From positions 27,626 through 91,625 of the IMG/VR virus record IMGVR_UViG_3300006802_000078: 64,000 nt of DNA; one strand, given 5' to 3'. A model generated the notes under the pieces. The model had not been told where the DNA came from. It ran no database searches and worked only from the letters and a program-made list of their open reading frames with translations. Source of the stretch: a virus. How positions within the stretch are numbered: the first letter of the stretch is position 1; every line of letters begins with the position of its first letter. This document shows positions 25,596-35,860 of the stretch, piece by piece. The position numbers and the translations under genes are program-made.

Positions 25596-25993
25596 ACAGC
25601 GATGAGAAGGTCGCCACCCTGCAGCAGGTCGCCGACTACTGGTCTGGTCGGACCCGCCCGCCGCGGGACACCGACTCCGGCGAGTACAGCATCACGCACT
25701 GCTACGGCGACGACACCTACACGCTCTACGGCAGCTGCCTGCTCATCGCCAAGGACGCGAAGCGGCTGGCTGAGCGCCCAGACATCGTGGTCGAAGCCCG
25801 CCACGACCCGAACAGCGGGGCCTGGATCAAGGTGAAGGCCTCCGATGTCGGCTCGCTTGGCTTCAGCCGCCAGATGTCGGACGAGGCGCGCGAAGCGGCT
25901 GGCCGCCGGCTGCGCAAGGTGCGCGCTGCTGCGGCTGCGCCCGAGCCCCTGCCCGAGAGGGCGACCGAGTTCGCCTTCGACATCGACTTCTGA
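25592..25993 (+). CDS. hypothetical protein (133 aa)
   Basis: ATGA coupling. Confidence 0.7.
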   Translation: MNSDEKVATLQQVADYWSGRTRPPRDTDSGEYSITHCYGDDTYTLYGSCLLIAKDAKRLAERPDIVVEARHDPNSGAWIKVKASDVGSLGFSRQMSDEAREAAGRRLRKVRAAAAAPEPLPERATEFAFDIDF

Positions 25994-26013
25994 CCCTCGG
26001 CGGCCCCCCGCCG

Positions 26014-26042
26014 TTGCGTCTTGAGCAACACTGCGCTACCCT
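26014..26042 (+). promoter_or_regulatory. sigma70-type promoter
   Basis: TTGCGT-N17-TACCCT followed by AAGGAG RBS. Confidence 0.55.
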
Positions 26043-26066
26043 CTCCACGCAAGAAGGAGCTGCTCC

Positions 26067-26840
26067 GTGCCCACTCCGATCGTGACCAACCCCTCTGCCC
26101 CCGCGCCGCGCGGTGGGCCTCCCCCCCAGGCCGCCGCCTTTCTGATGGACCACCAGCAGGTCTACGCGGACCTTCTCACGAGCAGCCTGCCCCACCCGCT
26201 GCTCACCGTGGCGATCTACAGTCTGCTCGTCTCCAACAACGACATCGCGGCGGCGGGTCACGCCGCCGGCGACACCAACGTCGTCTCGAGCGCGCTGCAG
26301 GTGATGGAGGCCATTCTCACCAACGAGCCGTCGCTGGCCGACATCGCCAGCGACAGCCCCGAGATGTACATCGGCAGGGTGTGGCTCCTCATCGACCTCG
26401 AGGTCATGACGTCGCTGCTCCCCGCTTCGATGCTGACCCCCGAGCTGGTCACCACGATCATCGAGGTGGGGGAAGTGCTGCGCCAGCGCGATGCTCTGGA
26501 GAGCCGCATCGGAGCCGGCCAGGCGCCGACCGTGGTGCAGGCAGCCCCGAGCCACCCCAACCTCTCCCCTGCTGCAGCAGCGCTTCGCGCGAAGGCGCTG
26601 GGGGGAGCCGCTCCCCGCCAGGAGAGCGTGGGGGCGCCTCGCGGAGCTCCGCTGCAGGGCTTCGCCCGTCTGGCTGAGCCCGCGCCCGCAGACTCCTCCG
26701 AGCACGTGGATCTCGATGGCTCGGACCGCGTGAAGCGCGTCCTCGCCGCACTCGGCGAGGAGTTCGACGAAGCCGACCCCAATGCGCTGAGCGCTGCCCT
26801 GCGGAGGCGGATCCAGCACACCCACCCCCAGCAGCAGTAG
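26067..26840 (+). CDS. hypothetical protein (257 aa)
   Basis: AAGGAG RBS, GTG start. Confidence 0.7.
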   Translation: MPTPIVTNPSAPAPRGGPPPQAAAFLMDHQQVYADLLTSSLPHPLLTVAIYSLLVSNNDIAAAGHAAGDTNVVSSALQVMEAILTNEPSLADIASDSPEMYIGRVWLLIDLEVMTSLLPASMLTPELVTTIIEVGEVLRQRDALESRIGAGQAPTVVQAAPSHPNLSPAAAALRAKALGGAAPRQESVGAPRGAPLQGFARLAEPAPADSSEHVDLDGSDRVKRVLAALGEEFDEADPNALSAALRRRIQHTHPQQQ

Positions 26841-26847
26841 CCAGCCC

Positions 26848-27639
26848 ATGGGCCTGTTCCGCCGCTCTACAGCTTCGCAGGTAGCTCCGGCTGCGCCGGC
26901 TCCCGCAGCCGCAGCCGCAGCCGCAGCCGCAGTCGCAGTCGCAGTCGCAGCCGCAGCGCCCCCGCCTGCGCCTACAGAGCGCCGGGTCTCGCTGGTCCTG
27001 CCGGGTGATCTGGCGGACCGGGTGGAAGAGCTGCGACAGCGGCTCAACTCCAGTGCCTTCGCCCAGCGCACTCGCCGGGAGGTCACCTTCGAGGAGGCCG
27101 TCCTGTGGGCGCTGTACGATGGGGTCTCGCCGGCGGAGGCTGTCGCGGCGCCGCCGCCTGCCACTCCGGTGGGGTTCGAGCCAAGGCCTGCAGCTGCGCC
27201 TGCGGCTGCGCCTGCAGCTGCGCCTGCAGCTGCGCCTGCGGCGGCGTCGGCTGCGGGCTTGGTGATCTCCGAGCCCTCGGCGGCTGCTCCCACTCCCACG
27301 ACACCCCGGGCTCCGACTCGGATGTTCCTCCCCGACGGTGACCGCTGCATCGAGGCGGATGCGGCCGCGGTGGCCTCCTACGTCTACCGGGGCTGGCGTC
27401 GCTTCCTGCGAACGGACAAGAGCACTGGGATGGCCTTCCAGTGCTTCTGGTGGCCCCACGCCGACCGGGACCCTGGCCAGCTGGAGCCCAGGGCGGTGCG
27501 CCTGCCCTCCGACCATCGGTTCGACGGAGTGGTCGACGTGCTGCCCGCCTTCCCCCACGATGCTGCCAGCGTCAAGCCAGGCTTCGGCGCAGGAGGTGCG
27601 GGAGCGGCCCCGCAGCTGGTGCTTCATGTCCCGAACTGA
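26848..27639 (+). CDS. Ala/Pro-rich protein with possible RHH-like segment
   Basis: RRVSLVLPGDLADRVEELR; low-complexity linkers. Confidence 0.6.
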   Translation: MGLFRRSTASQVAPAAPAPAAAAAAAAAVAVAVAAAAPPPAPTERRVSLVLPGDLADRVEELRQRLNSSAFAQRTRREVTFEEAVLWALYDGVSPAEAVAAPPPATPVGFEPRPAAAPAAAPAAAPAAAPAAASAAGLVISEPSAAAPTPTTPRAPTRMFLPDGDRCIEADAAAVASYVYRGWRRFLRTDKSTGMAFQCFWWPHADRDPGQLEPRAVRLPSDHRFDGVVDVLPAFPHDAASVKPGFGAGGAGAAPQLVLHVPN

Positions 27640-28363
27640 CGATCTGTCGGAGTGGGGGGAGGACGCGTGGGGCGACGCTGCTGACGCAGCCAGCGCAGCC
27701 GGCGCAGCCAGCGCAGCCGAGGCGAAGCCGCGCCCCGTCAACGGCCCGCTGCGGGCGGAAGCGCTCGTGGTAGCCAGGGACAGCGAAGACGCCGACCCGA
27801 GAGTGGTCGCTCTCCAGCGCCGCAGCGAGCTGAGCGAGGCGCTCTATGACGTCATGCTGGCGCGGAGCTTCGCCATCTCGGTGGCCGACGCCGCTGCGAT
27901 CATGGGTATCGACGAGGAGCTCGCCTGGCAGCTCTACACCGAACACCCCCAGTGGCTGCAGATCGAGCGGAAGCTGGAGATGGTGTCTCGGGCGAAGACC
28001 CGGGCCAGGGCGGTTGCGGCCACGGAGAAGGTCGTGCCGATGCTCACGCGCATCATCGACATCGACCTGGACGAGTCCACTCGACTGGCGGCGGAGCTCG
28101 CCGCTGACGGCGACGACGACGGGAAGCGCCGACGTGGCAGGCCAGTCGTGGCACGGCCCCCGGTATCCGCCACCGAGCAGATCGCCGCGGCGGAGATGCT
28201 GCTGAAGCTCGGAACCCACGCGGAGTTCAACGAGGCGGCGATGGCTGCCGCTGCGGAAGCTGCGGGGGGCAGTGAGATCGAAGTCGCAGTCGGAGCGAAG
28301 GACGGGGAGATCCGCGCCGCGCTCCGCGCACGCATGCGCCGGCCGAGCGGCGAAGGGGGGTAG
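27626..28363 (+). CDS. terminase small subunit-like HTH protein
   Basis: SVADAAAIMGIDEELAWQL HTH; EKVVPMLTRII..EQIAAAEMLLKLG helical motif; sits near head genes. Confidence 0.5.
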   Translation: MSRTDDLSEWGEDAWGDAADAASAAGAASAAEAKPRPVNGPLRAEALVVARDSEDADPRVVALQRRSELSEALYDVMLARSFAISVADAAAIMGIDEELAWQLYTEHPQWLQIERKLEMVSRAKTRARAVAATEKVVPMLTRIIDIDLDESTRLAAELAADGDDDGKRRRGRPVVARPPVSATEQIAAAEMLLKLGTHAEFNEAAMAAAAEAAGGSEIEVAVGAKDGEIRAALRARMRRPSGEGG

Positions 28364-28365
28364 TG

Positions 28366-29031
28366 ATGGCGACGCTATGGGACGTCGGCTGCGGCAACGC
28401 CGCGTGCCCGACCAAGTTCGAGGTGGCGATCCCGGACGTGTGGAGCGACGAGATGGAGCAGACGTTGGAGAACTACGTCTGCGCGAACTGCGGGGGGGAG
28501 CTGCAGCAGCTCAGCGCGGATGGGCACTTCTCCATCTTCCGCCCCCTGGAGCTACCGGACGGCACGGTCGCGCACTCTCGCCGCGAGCTCGACTACGCGA
28601 CGAAGCTCCACGAGGAGGAGACCGGAGGCAAGAAGACCCTGGCCATCACGGAGATGTCGCGGGCAGAGTGGAACCAGCGGGGGGAGGAGGCAGAGCATCG
28701 GGGCTGGCTCCATCGCCAGAAGGCGGGGGTGACCCCCCGAGACATGGCGGAGCGCGACAGGCAGACGAAGCTGCAGGAGGCGCAGGCTCGGCAGGAAGCC
28801 GAGCGACGCAACGAAGACCCGGACTTGGCAGCGGAGGCGGCGAGAGCGGCTGTGCCTGCCTTCCGCGCCGCGCCTGATCCGAACACCCCAGGGCGTGCAG
28901 TGCGGGAGGGGAGGGCGCTGACGTCCACCCCAGGGATCGGAGTCGCCGCCGGCGCCGCGTCGGACCGCAGTGCGCTGCTCAAGCAGGCGGCGGCGTCTGC
29001 GAAGGCTGCGCCGTCGGAGAGGGCGGGGTAG
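28366..29031 (+). CDS. FmdB-like Zn-ribbon protein
   Basis: WDVGCGNAAC..FEV..CANCGG. Confidence 0.65.
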   Translation: MATLWDVGCGNAACPTKFEVAIPDVWSDEMEQTLENYVCANCGGELQQLSADGHFSIFRPLELPDGTVAHSRRELDYATKLHEEETGGKKTLAITEMSRAEWNQRGEEAEHRGWLHRQKAGVTPRDMAERDRQTKLQEAQARQEAERRNEDPDLAAEAARAAVPAFRAAPDPNTPGRAVREGRALTSTPGIGVAAGAASDRSALLKQAAASAKAAPSERAG

Positions 29032-29085
29032 TCTGAACGAGAAGACGCGCCGCGCTGCGCGTGAACCAGCAACACGAGGTGAGCG

Positions 29086-29613
29086 ATGGACATGAAGAAG
29101 GAGCTCGAGGACACCGAGGGCACCCCCTGGGAGAAGACCACCAAGAACGCGGCCAAGATCATGGACATGGCCTCGAGTCTCGACGCGGCGCTGGACAAGG
29201 CGGAGGAGGGGGGCGCCGAGGCGGAGGGCGAGCCCTCCGAGGAAGGTGGCGCTCCCGCTGGCAGCGACGACGACACGGCGAATCGCTTGGCGACCGACCT
29301 GGGCATGGACATCGAGGAGGCGAAGAAGCTCGTCGCCGCCGCCAAGGACTTCCCCGGCACGAAGGGGATGGAGGGGACCGCGCTGGTCTCCGCGCTCATG
29401 GACGACCCGGTTCTGCTGGCGGATCTCCGCGATGCCGCCAAGGGTGGGGGCAAGCCCGCGGGTGACTCCGAGGGGGAGGAGCCACCGCCTGCCGAGGAGC
29501 CACCTGCCGAGGAGCCGCCGATGGACGCCTTCGCCGCAGGTCCCCCGGGGATGGGGGCAGGGCCCGCTCGCACCGGCGCGGCCTTCGGTCCGGATGAGTG
29601 GGAGAAGGCATGA
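29086..29613 (+). CDS. acidic hypothetical head-module protein (175 aa)
   Basis: GAGGTG RBS; coupled to the scaffold-like gene. Confidence 0.7.
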   Translation: MDMKKELEDTEGTPWEKTTKNAAKIMDMASSLDAALDKAEEGGAEAEGEPSEEGGAPAGSDDDTANRLATDLGMDIEEAKKLVAAAKDFPGTKGMEGTALVSALMDDPVLLADLRDAAKGGGKPAGDSEGEEPPPAEEPPAEEPPMDAFAAGPPGMGAGPARTGAAFGPDEWEKA

Positions 29614-30548
29614 GCGACCGCGTCGGCATGCCGCTGGAGGGCTTCGCGCCCTCCGGCATCACTCCGGCCGCGCCGGCTGCGCCGGCCGCGCCGGCTGCGC
29701 CGGCTGCGCCGGTCGAGCCGGCCGAGCCCGTGGTCGAGCCGGCTGCGCCCGTGGTCGAGCCGGCTGCGCCGGTCGAGCCGGCCGAGCCCGAGCCTGTGGC
29801 CGAGCCCACGCCCGAGCCGGAGCCGCCGCCCGAGCCGTACCGCATCGCTGACGACGAGCGGGGCAGCTACGGGGAGCTGGGTGCCGCCGTGTGGTTCGAC
29901 TCCGCGGTGGCCGCCGTGCCGGAGGAGCATCGAGAGGCGATGCTCGCGACGATGCGGGAGTGGGGCGACATTGCCACGGCGCGGCAGGGGTTGGAGGAGC
30001 TCGGGGCCTCCATCGACGGCAGGATTGAGCGACTGGACGCCTTGCTGAACGCCGACGGCCATGAGACGAAGAAGGCGCTCATGGCCGAGGTCCGCGGCGT
30101 CATCGACACCGAGGTGGCGGCTCCTCTGCGAGAGGCCATCGAGTCGTTCGAGGCCCGCGCGGCGGCGGAGCTGCGTGAGTGGGTGGAGGAGGCGTCGCCC
30201 CAGGTGGTGAACGATCCGGAGCTTCGCGAGCTCTACGGCGACCTCTACGACACCATGAGGCAGCGCCACCCGGAGATGAAGGAGTACGCACTCCGCCGCC
30301 GGGTGCTGAACGCGGTGCTGCGAGGGGTCGAGCCGGCGGAGCCTGCGCCCGCAGCTGCTCCTGCTCCCGCCCCCGCAGCTGCGCCTGCGCCTGCGCCCGC
30401 CTCTGCTCCGAGGGCGAAGCCGAAGGGCCCTGGGGTGCTCGGGGACGTCACCCCTGCGAAGGTGGAGGGGGCGAGGCCCGGCTGGCGGGAGCGGGGGAGC
30501 GCCCTGGCGGGGCAGGTCGCTCCCAAGGAGTGGTTCTCCCGCGAGTAG
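29610..30548 (+). CDS. capsid scaffolding-like protein
   Basis: P/A/E-rich disordered N-terminus, helical acidic core, position near portal and capsid genes. Confidence 0.55.
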   Translation: MSDRVGMPLEGFAPSGITPAAPAAPAAPAAPAAPVEPAEPVVEPAAPVVEPAAPVEPAEPEPVAEPTPEPEPPPEPYRIADDERGSYGELGAAVWFDSAVAAVPEEHREAMLATMREWGDIATARQGLEELGASIDGRIERLDALLNADGHETKKALMAEVRGVIDTEVAAPLREAIESFEARAAAELREWVEEASPQVVNDPELRELYGDLYDTMRQRHPEMKEYALRRRVLNAVLRGVEPAEPAPAAAPAPAPAAAPAPAPASAPRAKPKGPGVLGDVTPAKVEGARPGWRERGSALAGQVAPKEWFSRE

Positions 30549-30562
30549 CCGCGCTGGTGCGG

Positions 30563-32377
30563 CTACTGCGTGACCGGGACCTTGGGCTCTCCGATGGGCC
30601 CAGGCCCCGGGGGCACCGCGCCGACGCTGGGGGGCGCACCCGCTGCGACGTTGCCAGGCGCCGCGGCGGCGCCCAGGTCGAGCCCAGGGGGAGGGGCGGC
30701 TTCGCCCTGCGCTCCGGCTTCCAGTCCTGCGGCCATGCCCGCTCCGGCCGCCCCACCTTGGGCTGCGGCCATGGCGTCGGCCTGGGCCTTCAGCTTCTCC
30801 TCGAACTCCTTCTTCGTGAGCAGGACGTTCGCGGGGGCGCCCATCATCCGCAGGATCCAGTCGACCATGCTATCCGCGTCGAACCGCGGGGTACCCTGCA
30901 GCAGGGGGGTCAGGGCGATCATGCGCTCCATCACCACCTGGGGATTGACCTGCTGCCGGGGGTAGACGTCGATCTTGTACCGCGCTGGTGCCTTGGCGAA
31001 GAGCGCCTTCGACGCGTAGCCCAGGCGCATGTCCTGGAGGAACGCGTCCCGTGGGAGCCGAGGGCGGGGTGAGCTGCGGATCATCCGATGGTGCTTCGCG
31101 GCCAGCTCGGCCACGGCGTTGTCGATGGGGCGACGCCGAGAGCTGATCCGGTCTCGGGCGTCGGCCTGCATGACCGCCAGCTCGGTCGCGGTGCGCGCCC
31201 CCGTGGACTGCCCCCGCTTGCTGTCCATGAGCGACGTCTCGAAGGAGCAGCTCTCCCGCATGAAGTTGATGAAGCCGGTGATGGCGGGGGCTTCGTCTGG
31301 CAGGGGCAAGGGCATGAAGGCGTTGGCCAGGTTCCAGTCCTTCGCCGCCCCCACATGACCTCCCTCGACGTTGGCTGGGACGAACGCTCCTACCGGAGCG
31401 CGCGCTGCCTTCAGCAGGGTCTCGAGCTTCACTCGCGAGGAGTCGTAGAGCATCTTCGGAACCAGGCGGTAGGCGATCTCCTGCTGCAGGGTGGTCAGGT
31501 CGTTGATGCTGTCCTGCTTGTCGAGCAGCAGGTGCACGTCGCTGTGCCCGAACATGTCGCGCCCGGTCTCGTCGAACGCCAGCCTCGTGAGGGGCAGCTC
31601 ATCGAACCCACCGCTGCGGAGCACCACGCCGCCTCCCAGCCCGCGCTGGTGGTAGTGGACCACGTCGCCCGTGTGGCAGTCCCAGAACTGCCAGATCCAC
31701 ACCCACCGGCGCGAGTTGAACAGGTCGCGGTTCTGGGACCAGGTGGTGGCATCGGTCAGCCAGTCGGGCCAGTAGATGTCCGAGCTGAACGCCCGCATCT
31801 GGTCTTCGGTCATGCGGTAGTAGCCGCTGCGGACGCGCTCCCAGAACAGCCCCTCCGGGATCGGGGTGAGGTAGAGGAAGTAGGCGCTCTCGTCGAAGTA
31901 GGTCGCAGTGGGGTCGAAGTGGACCGACCCTGGGCGCGCCGTGGTCGTCACCGGCAGCCCAAGCTCCATGTCCAGCTCGGTGACGAACCACGCCTGCTTG
32001 CAGATCTGCGAGTGTAGGATTGCGGTGTTGATGCGCTCGTCGAGGCGGCTGATGTCGAACGTCCAGTTGATCAGCGCGTCGAGCCCCGCCTGCTCGTCGC
32101 CATCGAGCGGGGAGAAGCGGCCGTTGAACGTGGCCGACACGGGGCCGGACAGGTTGGAGCGCGCGGAGTCGATGACGGCGTAGATCACGTTGACCGTGGT
32201 CAGCAGCCGCGCCCTACGCCTGCCCGCCTCCCCCGGGTTCCGCCGGAGGTAGTCCGCGCCGAAGTCGCCCATCCACGCAGCCTGCGCCCGGTTGATGTTG
32301 GGCAGGTCGACGTTGCGGTACCGCGCGACGTGGGCGTCGATGAGCCGGCTCAGGGCGGCCTTGCTGCTGCTGTTCAT
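30563..32377 (-). CDS. portal protein (podovirus/P22-like)
   Basis: 604 aa directly downstream of TerL; VHFDPTA, QDSIN, GARTATE, helical C-terminus. Confidence 0.85.
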   Translation of the reverse strand: MNSSSKAALSRLIDAHVARYRNVDLPNINRAQAAWMGDFGADYLRRNPGEAGRRRARLLTTVNVIYAVIDSARSNLSGPVSATFNGRFSPLDGDEQAGLDALINWTFDISRLDERINTAILHSQICKQAWFVTELDMELGLPVTTTARPGSVHFDPTATYFDESAYFLYLTPIPEGLFWERVRSGYYRMTEDQMRAFSSDIYWPDWLTDATTWSQNRDLFNSRRWVWIWQFWDCHTGDVVHYHQRGLGGGVVLRSGGFDELPLTRLAFDETGRDMFGHSDVHLLLDKQDSINDLTTLQQEIAYRLVPKMLYDSSRVKLETLLKAARAPVGAFVPANVEGGHVGAAKDWNLANAFMPLPLPDEAPAITGFINFMRESCSFETSLMDSKRGQSTGARTATELAVMQADARDRISSRRRPIDNAVAELAAKHHRMIRSSPRPRLPRDAFLQDMRLGYASKALFAKAPARYKIDVYPRQQVNPQVVMERMIALTPLLQGTPRFDADSMVDWILRMMGAPANVLLTKKEFEEKLKAQADAMAAAQGGAAGAGMAAGLEAGAQGEAAPPPGLDLGAAAAPGNVAAGAPPSVGAVPPGPGPIGEPKVPVTQ

Positions 32378-32388
32378 GTCCGTGGCTC

Positions 32389-34563
32389 CTATGCGTCGCC
32401 AGTGATGCCCCAGGCTATCGCGTCAGGATCGTACAAGCTGCGCACGCCTTCCGGCGTGGCTCCTACACGATTCGCTTCCTGCTGGGCGAGGGCCTCCAGC
32501 ATCTTCGCCGCAGTGATGCCTTGCGCCCCGCCGGCGAAGAGGGGGGCGAGCTCCTGGTCCATCTCAGCCGCAGCGCGACTGCGCAGGGCGCTGATGATGG
32601 CGGAGGCGCTGACGAGCTCCTGTCGCAGCGCCGCCTCCTCCTCCGTGTCCTTGCGGGGCAGGCGGAACACGGTGGTGACGAAGATGTCGGCGGCGATGAC
32701 GTAGCATCTCGCTTGGTCGAAGTGGTGGCGCGCGCCGGTGTTGTCCGCGCGCTTCTGTCGCGGCTTCCAGTCGCCGTTGTACTGCGCCAGCTCGAGCAAG
32801 CCGCTGCGGCTCCGCAGCTTGTGCCTCCGGCTGCGGAGGCCTTCCGCGAGTCGGGCGGTGCCCTGTTCGATGCTCGACTGCGTCGCCTTCCACCCCGGCA
32901 GCCCGTCGGTGTCGTACCAGATCGGGTGTACGTTGCGGTCGCGCAGGACGGAGATGGTGCCGCCGGCCCGCTCCAAGGCGATGGCGCAGGGGAACTCTGC
33001 GGAGGGGGAGTAGAGCTTCTGCACCGCGACGATGATGTCCGCCATCTGCTCCGGCAGCACCTGGCCGCGCCACGCTGCCACCTCGTGACCGTCCCGAGCG
33101 CGGAGCACCACCAGGGCGGAAGGGTCGCCGCTGCCCCGCTTTGAATAGCCGGCGGTGTCGGCGATGAGGACGTACATCTCGTCGACCGACGGCTCGTCGA
33201 AGATCTCCGCTCCGTAAGGGCCCTCCCGAAGCGCTGGGCGCTGGTCGGCCTCGGCGAGCATGTCGGCGATAGCGTCGGCCGGCATGAGGGTGTTCCCCCC
33301 ACCGAGCCACCCGTGGTAGGGGCTGGGGGGGTACTTGCTGTCGAACTTCGGGTAGCTGCCGCGGAAGGTCGACACCGTCTCCAGCCGGCGGAACATCAGG
33401 TGCCCGTCGCTGATCCTGCTGGCTTCCTCACTGAGTCCCGCGGACTGGGAGTAGCGGTAGATGATCTCTGCAAGCCGCTCCTCCTCCTCCGTCCGCTTGA
33501 AGTCGGGGGGGACGTCCGCCTGAAGAGGCTCCAGCCGCCACCAGGGGACGAAGATGGGGTGGAACCGCCCCTGGTTGTCGAGGGCAGCGAACCACTTCTG
33601 CTGGTGGTCGCTGCCGAAGGCCCCCCACGTGGACTCCAGGAATACCTGGGCGTTGCCACGCTGGTTGAATGCGGGGAAGACGTTGCCGGCCGCCCGGGTC
33701 TGATCGAGGATCTCCCCCCACTCACTCAGGATGATGCGGTCCACGGCGTGGCCGATACCTGCCGTCGGGCCCCCCAAGCTGATGACCTTGATGAAGCCCC
33801 CGTGGAGAAAGGTCATGCGGCGCTCGCTCCCCGACTTCTGCGACTGGTCGAGGGGCACGCGGAGGCACTTCGGCAGGTGGCGGTAGGCGAGGCGGATCCG
33901 TCGGAACAGCTCGGTGGCGACTGCGTCGCTGTTGGCGGCGATGACGCACTGCAGCCCGCGGAAGTACATCGCGTCGCGCAGGATGATGGCGAGCGACAGC
34001 ACAGTCGACATCATCGCTTGGCGGCACTTGCCCACGATGTGCCACTGGTCCAGCCGGGAGGGCTCGAGCCCGAGCTCCTCCACCGCAGCGAGGCGCTCTT
34101 CCGCGGGCAGCGCGCGGATGGCGTTGAGCGCGTGGGTGCGCATCACCACCGCTTCCTGCCAGGGCGTGGGGTCGGCCAGCCCGAGGTTCTCCGGGGCTTG
34201 GTCCCCCAGCGGGTCGCGCTTCTGCAGCTTGTTGATGGTGCTCAGGCGGAAGAAGGCGGTGGGGTGGTTGAGCGCGTCCAGGATCAGGGTGTAGTCGAGG
34301 TGGGCCGTCTGCTCTTCGTGGTCCGGGTCGTCTCTGTCCGGATCGAAGATGTAGACTTCAGCGTCCGGAGCGTACAGGCACGACAGGGGGTGGCGGGGCG
34401 GCATCTCAGGGCTGTCGAGGCCTACCACCAGGGGGCGAGAGTGCAGTTTGCCGAAGATCGGGTCCGCGGGATCCAGCGCGCGCCGGACCAGGACGTCGAG
34501 TGGGTGGATGTGACTACGATCGGCGACGACGCCTTCCGCGGAGATGCCGAGCTCGGCTTCCAT
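32389..34563 (-). CDS. terminase large subunit
   Basis: GKCRQAMMST (Walker A variant), IILSEW (Walker B), LEST coupling motif, FVPW, nuclease IADTAG..GDPSA..HFD. Confidence 0.9.
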   Translation of the reverse strand: MEAELGISAEGVVADRSHIHPLDVLVRRALDPADPIFGKLHSRPLVVGLDSPEMPPRHPLSCLYAPDAEVYIFDPDRDDPDHEEQTAHLDYTLILDALNHPTAFFRLSTINKLQKRDPLGDQAPENLGLADPTPWQEAVVMRTHALNAIRALPAEERLAAVEELGLEPSRLDQWHIVGKCRQAMMSTVLSLAIILRDAMYFRGLQCVIAANSDAVATELFRRIRLAYRHLPKCLRVPLDQSQKSGSERRMTFLHGGFIKVISLGGPTAGIGHAVDRIILSEWGEILDQTRAAGNVFPAFNQRGNAQVFLESTWGAFGSDHQQKWFAALDNQGRFHPIFVPWWRLEPLQADVPPDFKRTEEEERLAEIIYRYSQSAGLSEEASRISDGHLMFRRLETVSTFRGSYPKFDSKYPPSPYHGWLGGGNTLMPADAIADMLAEADQRPALREGPYGAEIFDEPSVDEMYVLIADTAGYSKRGSGDPSALVVLRARDGHEVAAWRGQVLPEQMADIIVAVQKLYSPSAEFPCAIALERAGGTISVLRDRNVHPIWYDTDGLPGWKATQSSIEQGTARLAEGLRSRRHKLRSRSGLLELAQYNGDWKPRQKRADNTGARHHFDQARCYVIAADIFVTTVFRLPRKDTEEEAALRQELVSASAIISALRSRAAAEMDQELAPLFAGGAQGITAAKMLEALAQQEANRVGATPEGVRSLYDPDAIAWGITGDA

Positions 34564-34601
34564 CGAGTCTCCCGTGGGGTGGTCGTTGCGGGGTGAGCAA
34601 C

Positions 34602-34667
34602 AGTGTAACCGAGATGTGATCTATTGCGAGCGCAACTCTTGCACCGGAAATCTACTCGGAGTAGCAT
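34602..34667. promoter_or_regulatory. divergent promoters for TerL and the capsid gene, with central inverted repeat
   Basis: Plus strand TTGCAC-N17-TAGCAT (34639-34667); minus strand CTCGCA-N17-TACACT; TTGCG-AG-CGCAA at 34624-34635. Confidence 0.6.
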
Positions 34668-34713
34668 CTCTGTGTGAACAGCCATGCCGCACGCTGCGGC
34701 CAGGAGCCCTGAG

Positions 34714-35781
34714 ATGCCCGAGCTCGCAACCGCAGACGCCCTGAACCTGGTCCAGGCCGACCGTCGCAAGGGTGTGGTCAGCACCATGGTCAACGACCTG
34801 GTGTTCTTCCAGCACGTCTTCGAGAAGGGCGGCATCACCACCAAGTACGGAGGTGGCAGCTCGATCGAGTTCATCCAGCACGGCCAGGCTCCCGCCACCG
34901 GTATCGGCCTCTACGCCGGCACCGAGGCCGCGCCGATCGGTCGCACCCAGATCCTGCGGAAGGGGCAGACCGAGCTGCACCACATGATGGTCGTGATCGC
35001 CATCCCCAACCAGGACCTGATCACGAACAGCGGCCCCTCCCGCGTCGAGGAGATGTGGAAGGTCTACACCGAGGCGACGGTCACCGGTACGCACCGGGAC
35101 ATCGAGACCTTCTGGCACACCGGCGTGTCCGAGGGCAACGTCTTCTCGACCGCGGCCCTGTCCGGACTGCTCAGCGGGAACGGGCAGTTCACCGGCGGCC
35201 TCCGCATCGGCGTCGAGAACGGGATGCTTGAGTACCGCACCCCGGCGCTCCAGTCCGCCGGCGCCGCCTCCTTCATGGGGATCACCCGGAGCACCACCTA
35301 CAACTGGTACAACAACTTCGGCTTGGTCACCACGATCGACACCGACTTCCACGAGGTCTTCGGCAAGACCATCCGCGAGGCCTCCCGCTTCGCTGGCAAG
35401 GCCAACGCGCCGTACATCGCCTTCGCGGACCCCACCAGCTTCGGCAAGCTCCACGCGTGGCGCTACCAGCCGGTGCGGGTGACCAGCATCGACCAGGCCA
35501 CCGAGCGGGACAACTTCCACTCGGTGAAGATCGGCAGCTGCACCTTCTACGAGGCCCGCGACATCGACATCACCCTGTTCTCCGGGGATGCGGCCAACGG
35601 GGTGGTCAACGGCTACAACCTGAGCGACATCGAGATCACCTTCGCGGAGATGCCCAAGCTCAGCAACTACGAGAAGGTGGTCATCAACCAGGACGTCCTG
35701 GCCTGCAGCTACATGATGCGGCTCCAGTTCCTGGTCAAGAACCTGCCGTCCCACTGGGCGCTGGCCGGCACCGCCCGCTGA
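34714..35781 (+). CDS. major capsid protein
   Basis: ~355 aa; AGGAG RBS; very strong codon bias; GGGSSIEF segment; followed by a GC hairpin and a decoration-like gene. Confidence 0.8.
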   Translation: MPELATADALNLVQADRRKGVVSTMVNDLVFFQHVFEKGGITTKYGGGSSIEFIQHGQAPATGIGLYAGTEAAPIGRTQILRKGQTELHHMMVVIAIPNQDLITNSGPSRVEEMWKVYTEATVTGTHRDIETFWHTGVSEGNVFSTAALSGLLSGNGQFTGGLRIGVENGMLEYRTPALQSAGAASFMGITRSTTYNWYNNFGLVTTIDTDFHEVFGKTIREASRFAGKANAPYIAFADPTSFGKLHAWRYQPVRVTSIDQATERDNFHSVKIGSCTFYEARDIDITLFSGDAANGVVNGYNLSDIEITFAEMPKLSNYEKVVINQDVLACSYMMRLQFLVKNLPSHWALAGTAR

Positions 35782-35784
35782 TGA

Positions 35785-35802
35785 AGGGGGCCTTCGGCCC
35801 CC
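35785..35802 (+). terminator. hairpin after the capsid gene
   Basis: GGGGGC-CTTCG-GCCCCC directly after the stop; no U-tract. Confidence 0.45.
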
Positions 35803-35860
35803 CATCCCCCCGGACTCCGTTCACCCCCTTCTGGTCCTTCTCCCTCGCGGAGCTACTCCG

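Noticed and set aside
29660-29830. CRISPR-like or regulatory repeat array
   Set aside because: In-frame Pro/Ala/Glu low-complexity coding repeats without unique spacers; the same applies at 26900, 27190, 47830 and 52040.
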